Shown piece after piece: positions 20,491 to 29,765 of a stretch of DNA of 60,295 nt. The stretch is from an uncultured virus (IMG/VR IMGVR_UViG_3300020048_000043). Its lineage: Duplodnaviria > Heunggongvirae > Uroviricota > Caudoviricetes. The position numbers and the translations under genes were made by a program. The notes below the pieces were generated by a model, which was given only the letters and a program-made list of their open reading frames with translations, was not told the origin of the DNA and made no database searches. Each line of letters starts with the position of its first letter. The first letter of the stretch is position 1. The stretch covers positions 62,001-122,295 of IMG/VR virus record IMGVR_UViG_3300020048_000043. The stretch is one strand, 5' to 3'.

Positions 20491-20685
20491 TTATACCTCC
20501 TTATTCCACAGATCAACAATACGATAAGCATTTTTTAGAGCTTCTTGATAACTATTTTTATCAAATATTGTATATTCACCAACATATTCACAATCAACTT
20601 CCATAGAACAAATGATTTTATTATCATCTACAGTTTTTATAAATATTTCCCAACATCCATCTTCTTGATCGACATATATTTTCAT
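20491..20685 (-). CDS. hypothetical protein
   Basis: ORF track. Confidence 0.65.
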   Translation of the reverse strand: MKIYVDQEDGCWEIFIKTVDDNKIICSMEVDCEYVGEYTIFDKNSYQEALKNAYRIVDLWNKEV

Positions 20686-20698
20686 GATTTTTTCACTT

Positions 20699-20818
20699 TT
20701 AGAGCTTCATGATACATATAATTACACAATCTATGTCCATAGAACATGTGAATCCATCTCTAACCGTTTCTATAAATGTTTTCCAACCTTCATCTTCTTG
20801 ATCAATATAGAGTATCAT
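20699..20818 (-). pseudogene. truncated tandem paralogue of 20491-20685
   Basis: MILYIDQEDEGWKTFIETV..CSMDIDC versus MKIYVDQEDGCWEIFIKTV..CSMEVDC; YHEALK continues in another frame. Confidence 0.55.
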
Positions 20819-21093
20819 TCAACAATATCTCCTTTCCACATTGGAGGAATTACACTATATCTATGTTTAGGTGTTGCCTCCCAATATGTTCCACATTCAA
20901 CACACCAAAACCTATATGTTTTATCTTCGAGTTTATATTTTAAAATCTTTTCTTTTTCATAATGTTCTTTTTGACATTTTGGACACATTAGATCACAATC
21001 TTTAAAAGTTAAAAATACTTCCACATGATATCCTTGATTTCGAAGACATTGAAGTTCTTCAAATGTCATATTAAAATTAAGATCAGAAATCAT
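20815..21093 (-). CDS. Zn-ribbon protein
   Basis: CPKC...CVECG. Confidence 0.7.
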   Translation of the reverse strand: MISDLNFNMTFEELQCLRNQGYHVEVFLTFKDCDLMCPKCQKEHYEKEKILKYKLEDKTYRFWCVECGTYWEATPKHRYSVIPPMWKGDIVE

Positions 21094-21695
21094 TTAACCA
21101 CCTCTCTTTCTTCAAAATAAGAAATAGATAATGTTCGTTTTTCATTTCTAAATGGATATGTTTCGTCTTCAATTTTTTGTTCATCTATATTATTTGAAAA
21201 ATATAACAAATCATCAATAGATTGGGGTTGATAATTCCACACATCAACCCCAACATTAATAATTACTGTATTTGACGCAGTTCTTAATTTTTTGAACATA
21301 TTGTGAACATGCCCACAAAACCATAATGTATTTGGAATTTGAGCCCATGCGGGATCGTGCGCAATATAAATTTCTTGTTCTTTGTATTTTAATTTCAAAT
21401 GCCCATGAACAGAACTAAACCCAAGTTCATAATATTCTAATACGGAAAATCTATCATGGTTTCCAGCAATTAGAATCTTGATTCCATTCAATTTTTGAAT
21501 TAATGGAATCAATTCTTGTTTAGTAGCAGACATAGCTATATCTCCAAGAATATAACAAGTATCTTCTTTTCCAACAATTTTATTATATTGTTTAATAATA
21601 TGATTGTTCATCACATCTTTATTTTTGAATTGACGACCGCAATATTCCATTATGTTAGTATGTGAAAAATGTAGATCTGAAGTGAAATAAATTAT
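21090..21695 (-). CDS. calcineurin-like metallophosphoesterase; probable ATA start
   Basis: FTSDLHF lies upstream of the first ATG; also LGDI, GNHD, HDP, CGHVH, NVGVD. Confidence 0.88.
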   Translation of the reverse strand: MIYFTSDLHFSHTNIMEYCGRQFKNKDVMNNHIIKQYNKIVGKEDTCYILGDIAMSATKQELIPLIQKLNGIKILIAGNHDRFSVLEYYELGFSSVHGHLKLKYKEQEIYIAHDPAWAQIPNTLWFCGHVHNMFKKLRTASNTVIINVGVDVWNYQPQSIDDLLYFSNNIDEQKIEDETYPFRNEKRTLSISYFEEREVVK

Positions 21696-21698
21696 ATT

Positions 21699-21893
21699 TT
21701 ATTCCTCCTTTTCATGACAATAGAATTCAACAAACTGATTCATCAAATGCGTCACTTTTAATGTTGTTCGATCTGGTTCTGTTGATTCTACAGACATATA
21801 TTGATCTTTCTTAAAAAGTTTATTAAAATCTTCTTTTGTCAACTCTATAGAAACAGAATTTTCTTCTTCGTTAATTTCTATGTTCACACACAT
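21699..21893 (-). CDS. hypothetical protein
   Basis: AAGGAGG RBS. Confidence 0.65.
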   Translation of the reverse strand: MCVNIEINEEENSVSIELTKEDFNKLFKKDQYMSVESTEPDRTTLKVTHLMNQFVEFYCHEKEE

Positions 21894-22057
21894 ATTGATT
21901 CCTCCTTTTGAATACTTTTAATTAACGCATATCCTTCTTCGTAACTATCTACAGAACATAATATTCCATTTCCTACAACATATAATCCATCAGGTCTATT
22001 TTCAATTCTACACTTACCAGATGTATTAAAAGTAACACCATCAGAAAATTTAATCAT
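21884..22057 (-). CDS. small hypothetical protein (57 aa)
   Basis: GGAGG RBS; MIKFSDGVTFNTSG..DGLYVVG; below the ORF-track cut-off. Confidence 0.6.
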   Translation of the reverse strand: MIKFSDGVTFNTSGKCRIENRPDGLYVVGNGILCSVDSYEEGYALIKSIQKEESICV

Positions 22058-22070
22058 AATTATTCCTCCT

Positions 22071-22625
22071 TTAACAAAATTCTTGTCCTACAGAATGGAA
22101 ATACTTTAGTCCACAATTTTGTAACATTTCTTTAAATTGTTCCTTACTTAGTTCTTCTCCATATTCATTTTTAATAATAATATTTTTATTCTTCATTGTT
22201 TCAGATAGTACATATGGAGATACAGCAAAAGAGAAACTACATGTGGTATTATGCTTCTTTCCAGGTTGTTTACTAAAACCTAGTTCAGCATAAGCGGAAT
22301 TTACTTCTCCCAATTCTTCCTCCTTAGGTTTCCCACAAATTGGGCAACAATCTAAGATTTCAGGTTCACCATTAATAAGTTTATTATCCTGTCTTGTCAT
22401 ATGAACAGCATCATTACCATACAGATAAGATGTTTCATTGTATTCTGTAGGTCTATGATATGCTGTCATAGAATACAATCTGGATGTATATGTTTCTGCT
22501 ATGTTTGTATAACTAACACCACAATTCCAGCAGAAATGACCAGCAGCAGAACGTTTACCGATATGATACAGCTCTTCCTTTGTTGTTTTATCACAAGCAT
22601 AATAATTAGTTCCCATATTCATCAT
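22071..22625 (-). CDS. phage hypothetical protein with Zn-binding motifs
   Basis: MGTNYY..HIGKRSAAG, CWNC, CPICG. Confidence 0.75.
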   Translation of the reverse strand: MMNMGTNYYACDKTTKEELYHIGKRSAAGHFCWNCGVSYTNIAETYTSRLYSMTAYHRPTEYNETSYLYGNDAVHMTRQDNKLINGEPEILDCCPICGKPKEEELGEVNSAYAELGFSKQPGKKHNTTCSFSFAVSPYVLSETMKNKNIIIKNEYGEELSKEQFKEMLQNCGLKYFHSVGQEFC

Positions 22626-22736
22626 CCTCTTCTTCGTTAAATTCTCTTTCTTTTGCTTCTTGGACTTTATTACGCCATTCTTCCAATGCTAATTTATCAC
22701 GAAGTTCTTCTAAAATTTCTGGAGGTAACATTTTGA

Positions 22737-23105
22737 TCACCCATTCCAACCAAGATATTTCCATTTAAAATCTTCTGTTTCTCCATTTTCTTTTAACATG
22801 AGTCCAATGATAAAACCCACCAAATTCATAGAACCGTCTTCAGTAGAAAATTCTACTTCGTGTGTTTTACCAGGACCCCAAGACATAGGAATACACTGAT
22901 TTGCGGTTCTAAGCATTTCTTCTTTTGAATAACTTTTATTTTTCTTTTTATCTTTAATATATTCTGGAAATGCTTCTACAAAAGAATCATATACAAAAGA
23001 AATCTGTTTTACAAAATCTTTCATATTCTTACTTTTATTTGATTTGTTCGTAATTAAAAATGAACTAGAACTACTATTACTTACAAAACCCAATCGAAGT
23101 TTCAT
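22737..23105 (-). CDS. phage protein of the GFVSNSSSSSF family
   Basis: N-terminal MKLRLGFVSNSSSSSF. Confidence 0.75.
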   Translation of the reverse strand: MKLRLGFVSNSSSSSFLITNKSNKSKNMKDFVKQISFVYDSFVEAFPEYIKDKKKNKSYSKEEMLRTANQCIPMSWGPGKTHEVEFSTEDGSMNLVGFIIGLMLKENGETEDFKWKYLGWNG

Positions 23106-23117
23106 AAAAACCCTCCT

Positions 23118-23309
23118 TCACATTTCATAAAAATCTCTCTCTAAAACACATTCAAATTCCATTTCATTATAAGGTTCTTCTTCTTGTTCTATAGATTCAA
23201 TTATTTCAGAATTACACGCAGGACACCTTTTTAAATCATCTTCAATAAATTTAAAATTATCACGAATAGGTGACCCACAAAGAATACATTTTCTTTTTTC
23301 CATAATCAA
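23118..23309 (-). CDS. Zn-ribbon protein
   Basis: CILCG..CPACNS. Confidence 0.65.
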   Translation of the reverse strand: MIMEKRKCILCGSPIRDNFKFIEDDLKRCPACNSEIIESIEQEEEPYNEMEFECVLERDFYEM

Positions 23310-23524
23310 AACACCCCATATCTAATATTTTTCATATGAGAAATCGCTCTATTCAATTCTGTAGACATTCTGTTATTATTTTCTCTAACAAAAGAAGTGA
23401 CTTTAGCAAAATCAAATTTAGACATCTTCGTTAAAGCAGCTATCATTCTATTAGTACTTTCTCGAGAAGAAGCAATACTATATGAGAGTGATTTGTCAAA
23501 TTCTAATTTTTCTAAAGCAGTCAT
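23306..23524 (-). CDS. hypothetical protein
   Basis: AGGAG RBS. Confidence 0.65.
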   Translation of the reverse strand: MTALEKLEFDKSLSYSIASSRESTNRMIAALTKMSKFDFAKVTSFVRENNNRMSTELNRAISHMKNIRYGVF

Positions 23525-23551
23525 ATCAAAACTCCTCTCAAATTATAAAAA

Positions 23552-23582
23552 TTGGGTGTAGCCCTATTAAGACTACACCCAA
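23552..23582 (-). terminator. intrinsic terminator-like hairpin
   Basis: TTGGGTGTAG/CTACACCCAA stem followed by a T run on the minus strand. Confidence 0.7.
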
Positions 23583-23600
23583 ATATTTTAATTAGTTATT

Positions 23601-23753
23601 CTATGCTTCCTTTGGTTTATCTTTGCTAGCACCACAAACTGTACATTTACCAGATTTCGTTCCCATGTTGAAAACCCTATTTCCACTTCCATGAATCTTA
23701 TCTTGTCCCTCGTGTTTACAATTACATTTCGCTACAAATGAATTCATCGCCAT
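23601..23753 (-). CDS. small Cys/His protein (50 aa)
   Basis: GGAGG RBS; CNCKHEGQDKIHGSGNRVFN..CTVCG. Confidence 0.65.
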   Translation of the reverse strand: MAMNSFVAKCNCKHEGQDKIHGSGNRVFNMGTKSGKCTVCGASKDKPKEA

Positions 23754-23755
23754 TG

Positions 23756-24226
23756 TTATTCACTAACCTCCTCTTTACCTTCTGCTGTAGGTGTTTCTGT
23801 TGTTGCTTCAATAGTTTCTACTACCTGTCTTACAAAGAAACTTGGAAGCATATGCTGTTCAAAGAGTTTAGCAATCTTATCTTTCTTCATAGCTTTCTTT
23901 AGTTCACGTAGATTAATACACATATTATCAAGATCCTGATACGCATCCATATCATCATTATATAGATTTTCAAAATTTAGAGTCACATAAAAACCAATTA
24001 CATATTTATCAAAAGAACATTTAAGCATAGTAATTTCATTGTGGTGTAGAAAATCCATAAAACTTTTCATAGTAGTGAGATATTCTACATCAGACTTAAA
24101 CTTACGCGGAAGTTCAAATACTCCTTTTACTTTTTCATGATTACGATATTTCTTTTTAACTACATCCAAAATCATTTTCATATTCTCGTAAGTATCTGCT
24201 GTGAAAACCCATCCGTAATAAAGCAT
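23756..24226 (-). CDS. hypothetical protein (GW-motif paralogue family)
   Basis: MLYYGWVF; AAGGAGG RBS. Confidence 0.75.
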   Translation of the reverse strand: MLYYGWVFTADTYENMKMILDVVKKKYRNHEKVKGVFELPRKFKSDVEYLTTMKSFMDFLHHNEITMLKCSFDKYVIGFYVTLNFENLYNDDMDAYQDLDNMCINLRELKKAMKKDKIAKLFEQHMLPSFFVRQVVETIEATTETPTAEGKEEVSE

Positions 24227-24242
24227 AATAATTATAACCTCC

Positions 24243-25247
24243 TTAGATTTGAACTACAAATGTTTTATTCTTTGTTTCTACTTCATTGACTTTCTTACGT
24301 ATATCCATAAATCTTTCACCTATTTCTTTCATTGTATATATTAAAACATTAAATTTCTCTTTTGTAAATAGAGAATTTACATTAAGTATATATCTTCCAC
24401 TATATTTTGGATGAATAATAACACATTCATTATCACAACGATACATATAATTACCATTTGTATATATTCTATAAAACTCACTACCAAGTTCTTTAAGTTC
24501 TTTTAAATTTAACATATTTCTTACTTCTTTTATTCTAACCTTATCATCAGCAAGTTCTTCACACTCTATTTCAATCATAGGTAAACTTTTCATTTTATTT
24601 TCTTCCTCCTCATTATTTTGTTTTTTACCCCAAGCACAAAATTTTAATGTATATTTAGATGGCATGTCTATACAATTTTGTTTATCAATATAATTTATTA
24701 AACATTTTTCAAAAACAACATCATCTATTTTAATATCAACATATACTCCGTGAGCGATTTTATCTTCTAGTGATGTTGATATTATTTTAGCACCCCTCGC
24801 ATACCCCAAATCATTAAAATATGTTGTCATGTTTATAAAATCACTTTCCTTTCTATTCATTTCTCCTTCTGTACTAATAGGAATACAATTTGTGAATAAT
24901 ATATCTTGACCTATTTGTGTTTTCTCCTTTAGTATTTTTAAAGCATCTTGATATGATTGTTCATATGAAAAATTATCAGGTAAATTTTTATAATAAATAG
25001 AACAGTCATACGTATCTTCAATAGTCATATCTTTTTTATAATACACAATGATATGAATTGGTTCATTAGAAGTAGCAAAACACGCATCGACAAAATCTAA
25101 TTTATTATTCATATAACAAATCATTTTATTTGCTATAACACCTATTTTTGTAAAAACGTGTACATAATCAATTTCTTCTTTATGTCTAATATCAGAAATT
25201 ATTTTTGCGCATTTAACCCAATCAAAAATATATAGTTTATGTTTCAT
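24243..25247 (-). CDS. multi-domain hypothetical protein
   Basis: N-terminal FDWVKCAKII shared with 26601-26981. Confidence 0.75.
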   Translation of the reverse strand: MKHKLYIFDWVKCAKIISDIRHKEEIDYVHVFTKIGVIANKMICYMNNKLDFVDACFATSNEPIHIIVYYKKDMTIEDTYDCSIYYKNLPDNFSYEQSYQDALKILKEKTQIGQDILFTNCIPISTEGEMNRKESDFINMTTYFNDLGYARGAKIISTSLEDKIAHGVYVDIKIDDVVFEKCLINYIDKQNCIDMPSKYTLKFCAWGKKQNNEEEENKMKSLPMIEIECEELADDKVRIKEVRNMLNLKELKELGSEFYRIYTNGNYMYRCDNECVIIHPKYSGRYILNVNSLFTKEKFNVLIYTMKEIGERFMDIRKKVNEVETKNKTFVVQI

Positions 25248-26047
25248 TTTTTTTTCTCCTTAATTAAATTATACAAAATAGTCATGTTATAAAAATTTAA
25301 AACATATTCTATAACAGAATAATAATCGTTTTTAGTATATTCTTTTTCGATTTTTGCTTCTTTTTCAAATAACTTTCCTTCAAAATATCCTAAAGAAAAA
25401 TTCATATTTTTCAAAAGATTTAAAAAATCTTCTTCATATGATGAAACATTGACAGAATGTATAGGTACCCATTCACAATCAGAATAATTATTAGAATATC
25501 TTTTTTCTTCTACAATTGTAGATGTTTCTTGAAAAAGAAAATAATCACTAATGTGGTTTTGTCTTTTCCATTCAAGATAATCCAAATTCGTATAAATTGG
25601 ATTAAATTTATTATCTTTATCTATCAGAAAATTATGAAAATATATTTTATTTGTTATATTTTGAAAATATTTTTCCATAGTAGAAAATATAGAAATTCTA
25701 CTTTCTTCAATAGTTTCAAAAATATGAACTTCAATATCTAAACATTTTGAAAAAACAGTTATTAATTCTTTAGGAAATTTATTAAGAATAGTATAAATAA
25801 TATCTTCTGTGATAGAATATTCCAAACACAATGTAAAATCTTCAAGTTCATATTGTTTAAAATATTTTAAAAACAATTCTATATTTTCTTTTATTTTTTT
25901 ATTATTTGTTAAATATGCTCCTTTTATTTTTTCTTTCATATCATAATGTTTATAATTTATTATTGTTTTTTTTCTTTGTGTAAACCATAAAGATTTTCCA
26001 GTGTTTGGTTCACCAAACAATAATATTAATTTCAAATCAATACACAC
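25244..26047 (-). CDS. P-loop NTPase/kinase-like protein
   Basis: Walker A LILLFGEPNTGKS. Confidence 0.55.
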   Translation of the reverse strand: MCIDLKLILLFGEPNTGKSLWFTQRKKTIINYKHYDMKEKIKGAYLTNNKKIKENIELFLKYFKQYELEDFTLCLEYSITEDIIYTILNKFPKELITVFSKCLDIEVHIFETIEESRISIFSTMEKYFQNITNKIYFHNFLIDKDNKFNPIYTNLDYLEWKRQNHISDYFLFQETSTIVEEKRYSNNYSDCEWVPIHSVNVSSYEEDFLNLLKNMNFSLGYFEGKLFEKEAKIEKEYTKNDYYSVIEYVLNFYNMTILYNLIKEKKK

Positions 26048-26264
26048 CTCTTTTCTTTTCTTCTAGAAAATATGAATTAATTTCTTCTTGTGTAAATTGT
26101 TTTGTAGGTTCTATACGTTCTTCTTGTTTAAATTGAAAATCACACATTAAACATTTTGTTTCATATTTTACTGGAACTGGAAATATTGTATGAAGAAATA
26201 AATTAGCACTACATTGTGGACATATTAAATCACAATCCATCCATTCTGGTGTATGACTAATCAT
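26037..26264 (-). CDS. Zn-ribbon protein
   Basis: CPQC..CLMC; DCDLICP resembles 20815-21093. Confidence 0.65.
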   Translation of the reverse strand: MISHTPEWMDCDLICPQCSANLFLHTIFPVPVKYETKCLMCDFQFKQEERIEPTKQFTQEEINSYFLEEKKRGVY

Positions 26265-26599
26265 TCTCCCACCTCCTCACATTCTTCTTCAATTTTTTCT
26301 GGTAAGCATTCAAGTACTTGAATGCTAGTTAAAATTTTACTTGGAACAATACGGCCTTTTTCATCTTTATGATAAATTAATTTCTGTGTTCCTGCTCTGG
26401 TTTGTGAATATTGAAGCATTTCTGGATCACTATCAAGCAATCCTAAATATTCCGCAGCTACAGCAAGTGAAGAACTTTTCAAAACCATGTCTGGTTTAAA
26501 ATCTCGTTGAATATCTATATCTTTATCATTTAACTTTTCTTCTTCAATAAGAAATTCATAAACAATTGATTCCGCAAATTCTCTTTTTGTGATATACAT
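26261..26599 (-). CDS. hypothetical protein
   Basis: AAGGAGG RBS. Confidence 0.7.
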   Translation of the reverse strand: MYITKREFAESIVYEFLIEEEKLNDKDIDIQRDFKPDMVLKSSSLAVAAEYLGLLDSDPEMLQYSQTRAGTQKLIYHKDEKGRIVPSKILTSIQVLECLPEKIEEECEEVGE

Positions 26600-26600
26600 A

Positions 26601-26981
26601 TTAATTATCCTCCTTCAAAATAGTTAATGCTACTTCGGGCCAATATGCTTTTACATCATATGTAATTTCATTCTCCATGATATAACAAGACATTTCTTCT
26701 TCTGTTCCATCTTTATATTGAATTACCATTGTAGGTGTAGCCCATGTAGAAGACAGCCACACATATGTCTTTTCTTCAGGTATAATATCACCATTATTAT
26801 AAATCAAACCTCCAGTATATCCCCAGTCTTCTGTTAGTCCTGCTGCTATAGAAGAAATCTGTTCTTTATTTTCTTTAATAAATTTCGCACATCGTTCCCA
26901 ATCAAATACACGCATATTTTCTACATTACTGTTTGCTTCACCCATAGCAAATGCGTCTATTGTTGACATGTGTTGTACCAT
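26601..26981 (-). CDS. conserved phage hypothetical protein
   Basis: RVFDWERCA..AGLTEDWGYTGG..LSSTWATP. Confidence 0.75.
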   Translation of the reverse strand: MVQHMSTIDAFAMGEANSNVENMRVFDWERCAKFIKENKEQISSIAAGLTEDWGYTGGLIYNNGDIIPEEKTYVWLSSTWATPTMVIQYKDGTEEEMSCYIMENEITYDVKAYWPEVALTILKEDN

Positions 26982-27238
26982 TATACATTACCTCCTTTGT
27001 CATTAAAAAATACATTCAAAAGATTTGAAAGTTCTTTAAGTTCTTCCATAGACATCGTAATTCCTTTTCCAAAAATAGTTTCTTTATTTGTTTTTTTCAT
27101 TTTTCTCAAATCAAAATACTGATTAGAACTTTTGTCTGTGATAGCTTCCATCAACCTAAGACTAGTTACCCAATCAGATTCTTTTTCACCTACTACTATA
27201 TCTCCAATATGTTCTAATTCTTTAAATTCAACACCCAT
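26981..27238 (-). CDS. YdbC/PC4-family ssDNA-binding protein
   Basis: YFDLRKM....GKGITMSMEELKEL. Confidence 0.75.
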   Translation of the reverse strand: MGVEFKELEHIGDIVVGEKESDWVTSLRLMEAITDKSSNQYFDLRKMKKTNKETIFGKGITMSMEELKELSNLLNVFFNDKGGNV

Positions 27239-27252
27239 GTTATATTCCTCCC

Positions 27253-27600
27253 TTAAAAATCGTTACTAACACATTGAACAATCAATCTAGGTTCGTCAAA
27301 CATTTTTTTCAAAGAATAGCATATGTGCTTTTCATTTTCGCAACACATTTCTATTTGTGTTATTTTATTTTTAATATCTGTTAGACTTTTTTCTTCAACA
27401 TCTAAACCGATTATTATATCACCAAACATATCAAACAAATTGATATTAAAATTCTTTTCAAGATTATCTGCTAACAACAAATTTTCAAAAGAAATATCTT
27501 GTTCACTTATATTTTTACAACAACCATATTTTTGAAGAAGTTCCATTAATTTATTAGTTTGATCTTGTGTAATAATCCAACCTATAACTTTATAGAACAT
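27253..27600 (-). CDS. hypothetical protein (GW-motif paralogue family)
   Basis: YKVIGWII..IIIGLDV. Confidence 0.7.
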   Translation of the reverse strand: MFYKVIGWIITQDQTNKLMELLQKYGCCKNISEQDISFENLLLADNLEKNFNINLFDMFGDIIIGLDVEEKSLTDIKNKITQIEMCCENEKHICYSLKKMFDEPRLIVQCVSNDF

Positions 27601-27616
27601 ATATATTCATCCTCCT

Positions 27617-27964
27617 TTAATAATTATACAGTTTCAATTCTTCTTCTGTCCAAAATGTTTTTTTGATCCATTCCCCATAAATATTTTCTAAAGCTAAGAA
27701 ATACATTGGGCCACTAGACCAAATTACTTCTTGTATTTTTTCAAATACCCAAGTTCCATCTTTCAGAAGATATTTTTTAAATTGAATTTTTCCATAACCT
27801 AAATTATCTTCTATCGCATTTCTTTCAGATATTTCACTAGAAACTACTTCTTTTGTTTCTATGACTTCGCCATTTCTTGTTCTTGTAATAATATCTTTTT
27901 GACCTTCTTCTCTTAAATACGCTATAGCTTTTTCATTCAATCCAATAATTTGATTTGTACGCAT
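27617..27964 (-). CDS. conserved phage hypothetical protein
   Basis: MRTNQIIGLN..WSSGPMYFLAL. Confidence 0.75.
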   Translation of the reverse strand: MRTNQIIGLNEKAIAYLREEGQKDIITRTRNGEVIETKEVVSSEISERNAIEDNLGYGKIQFKKYLLKDGTWVFEKIQEVIWSSGPMYFLALENIYGEWIKKTFWTEEELKLYNY

Positions 27965-27965
27965 T

Positions 27966-28337
27966 TCAATTACCTCCTCTTCTCAACATATACATAATTT
28001 CTTTAAACGCATACGCTTCTGGATCTATAAGCCAATTTACACTGTCTATGAATGAGAAAATAAACAAACCAAATAGGAATACACTAGGAATGAAACAAAA
28101 TAATGTTACCATTAGAAAAAATTCTCTTTTATTTGATTCCCATGATTCTATTTTTTGATACTTTTTATAGAATATATACGCTGAAAACAATAGAATTACA
28201 CCAATTGAAAATGTAATGACAGAATATGCTATAGTAAATTTACCTTGTCTGATTAACATCGATAAAATATATTCTGTGGGTACTGCTAACTTGGCAGCTA
28301 AAGAATCCACTATAGCATTGATATTTTCAACATTCAT
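27966..28337 (-). CDS. membrane protein
   Basis: two TM segments; AAGGAGG RBS. Confidence 0.75.
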   Translation of the reverse strand: MNVENINAIVDSLAAKLAVPTEYILSMLIRQGKFTIAYSVITFSIGVILLFSAYIFYKKYQKIESWESNKREFFLMVTLFCFIPSVFLFGLFIFSFIDSVNWLIDPEAYAFKEIMYMLRRGGN

Positions 28338-28362
28338 TTTTATTCCTCCTTAAAATAAAAGT

Positions 28363-28392
28363 AAACGCATACCTATTTCTAGATATGCGTTT
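28363..28392 (-). terminator. terminator after the tRNA cluster
   Basis: AAACGCATATCTA-GAAA-TAGGTATGCGTTT followed by ACTTTT. Confidence 0.7.
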
Positions 28393-28401
28393 AATATTTT
28401 T

Positions 28402-28478
28402 TGGTGGACCCATTTGGAATTGAACCAAAAACCTGTCCCTTATAAGGAGACTGCTCTTACCGATTGAGCTATGAGTCC
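28402..28478 (-). tRNA. tRNA-Ile(UAU)
   Basis: cloverleaf; anticodon arm GTCTC-CTTATAA-GGGAC; T loop TTCAATT; encoded CCA. Confidence 0.9.
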
Positions 28479-28489
28479 ATATTTTATTT

Positions 28490-28566
28490 TGGTGCCCCTG
28501 GACAGATTTGAACTGTCACTTTATTGTTTTTGGGACAACTTCCTCTACCGATTGGGATACAGGGGC
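28490..28566 (-). tRNA. atypical tRNA, anticodon CAA (Leu), short variable arm, C33
   Basis: acceptor stem GCCCCTG/CAGGGGC; arm GTTGT-CCCAAAA-ACAAT; T arm GACAG-TTCAAAT-CTGTC; CCA. Confidence 0.75.
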
Positions 28567-28610
28567 AGAAAAAAGGAAATCTACAATGACTTCCTAAATT
28601 TGTTTTAAAT

Positions 28611-28697
28611 TGGTGCCGGACACGGGACTCGAACCCGCAAGCCCCACTGGGCGGGGGATTTTAAATCCCCAGAGTTTACCAATTTCTCCAATCCGGC
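28611..28697 (-). tRNA. tRNA-Leu(UAA)
   Basis: arm GGGGA-TTTAAAA-TCCCC; long variable arm; GGTTCGAGTCC; CCA. Confidence 0.93.
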
Positions 28698-28716
28698 ACT
28701 TCTTTGTAACACGAGT

Positions 28717-28745
28717 ATATTACTACAAATCCTCTATGTTGTCAA
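28717..28745 (-). promoter_or_regulatory. sigma70/sigmaA-type promoter of the tRNA cluster
   Basis: TTGACA-N17-TAATAT, 20 nt before tRNA-Leu. Confidence 0.65.
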
Positions 28746-28754
28746 GCGAGAAAT

Positions 28755-29237
28755 TTATTTTTTGTTGTTTCTCTCTTCGTATTCTTTCCAACACTGTTCT
28801 TTAAATCTATATAATTTACAATCCGTGATTTTACAAATTCCTCGTAAATTTTCCGCACATTTTTCTAGAGGTTCATTTCCTATGCCTCTATTTCTCCAGA
28901 CATACGGACAATATAATTCCTTAACAGGCTTAGGTTCTGCTCCATTAAGCCACTCTTCATAAGTACAGCCAGCTTCAGAAAATTTAATTAATCTACCATC
29001 TTCTGTAGTAACATCTTCAGACGAAAGCATGTATTCACATCTTTCATAAACACGTTTGACATCTTGTCTTATTTTTCTTCCTTCGAATTCTTTATATTCA
29101 AATTCTTTTGAACCGCGCCCATTACATGTTTGACACACCACAGCAGCACCATCTCTTTCTGCCATACCCATGTATAGACCAGTTCCTCCACAAGATTGAC
29201 ATTGAATAATTATTTTAGGCATAATCACACCTCCCAA
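28755..29237 (-). CDS. DnaJ-type Zn-finger protein
   Basis: CQSCGGTG..CQTCNGRG; likely start MPKII at 29222. Confidence 0.75.
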   Translation of the reverse strand: MGGVIMPKIIIQCQSCGGTGLYMGMAERDGAAVVCQTCNGRGSKEFEYKEFEGRKIRQDVKRVYERCEYMLSSEDVTTEDGRLIKFSEAGCTYEEWLNGAEPKPVKELYCPYVWRNRGIGNEPLEKCAENLRGICKITDCKLYRFKEQCWKEYEERNNKK

Positions 29238-29515
29238 TCAATATATTCAAAATCTTCTACAACTTCTTTTAACAGTTTTCTATCAACTGTGAAAAAAGAT
29301 TTAGGTCTTGTATCTGTTATATAAGTGAATGCTCTAAATTCATCTTCACTGTACGCAACACCACAAGCAGTGAACAATCCATTATCTATTAAAATTAAAA
29401 CAGCATTTTCTTCATTCGATACTTCTTGAAAAGCATCTTCTTTCGAAACTTTTTTAGCATTTTTAATTATCCATTCTTCCTTAGACATATCTGGAGGATT
29501 CACATAATATCCCAT
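29225..29515 (-). CDS. conserved phage hypothetical protein
   Basis: MGYYVNPP..IDNGLFTACGVAYS..DTRP. Confidence 0.75.
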   Translation of the reverse strand: MGYYVNPPDMSKEEWIIKNAKKVSKEDAFQEVSNEENAVLILIDNGLFTACGVAYSEDEFRAFTYITDTRPKSFFTVDRKLLKEVVEDFEYIDWEV

Positions 29516-29763
29516 TATTCACACTCTCCTTCATAATTATTTTGTATATCTTTCATTTGATCTTTTGACAATTCAAAACAAATAGACAACATATCCAATC
29601 CTTTAATAATTTGATCGTCTTCCATATAGAAAATATCATCGATACGATCTTCTGTTACATTATTTACATTTGACAAAATTTGACCCAGTCTTTGATCTGG
29701 GTATTTTTTCCAATACATTTCAATCGCATTAATAATTTGTGGAATTCTATTTGGATCACGCAT
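29515..29763 (-). CDS. conserved small protein (YihD/DUF1040-like)
   Basis: MRDPNRI..WKKYPDQRLGQIL..FYMED. Confidence 0.7.
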   Translation of the reverse strand: MRDPNRIPQIINAIEMYWKKYPDQRLGQILSNVNNVTEDRIDDIFYMEDDQIIKGLDMLSICFELSKDQMKDIQNNYEGECE

Positions 29764-29765
29764 AA

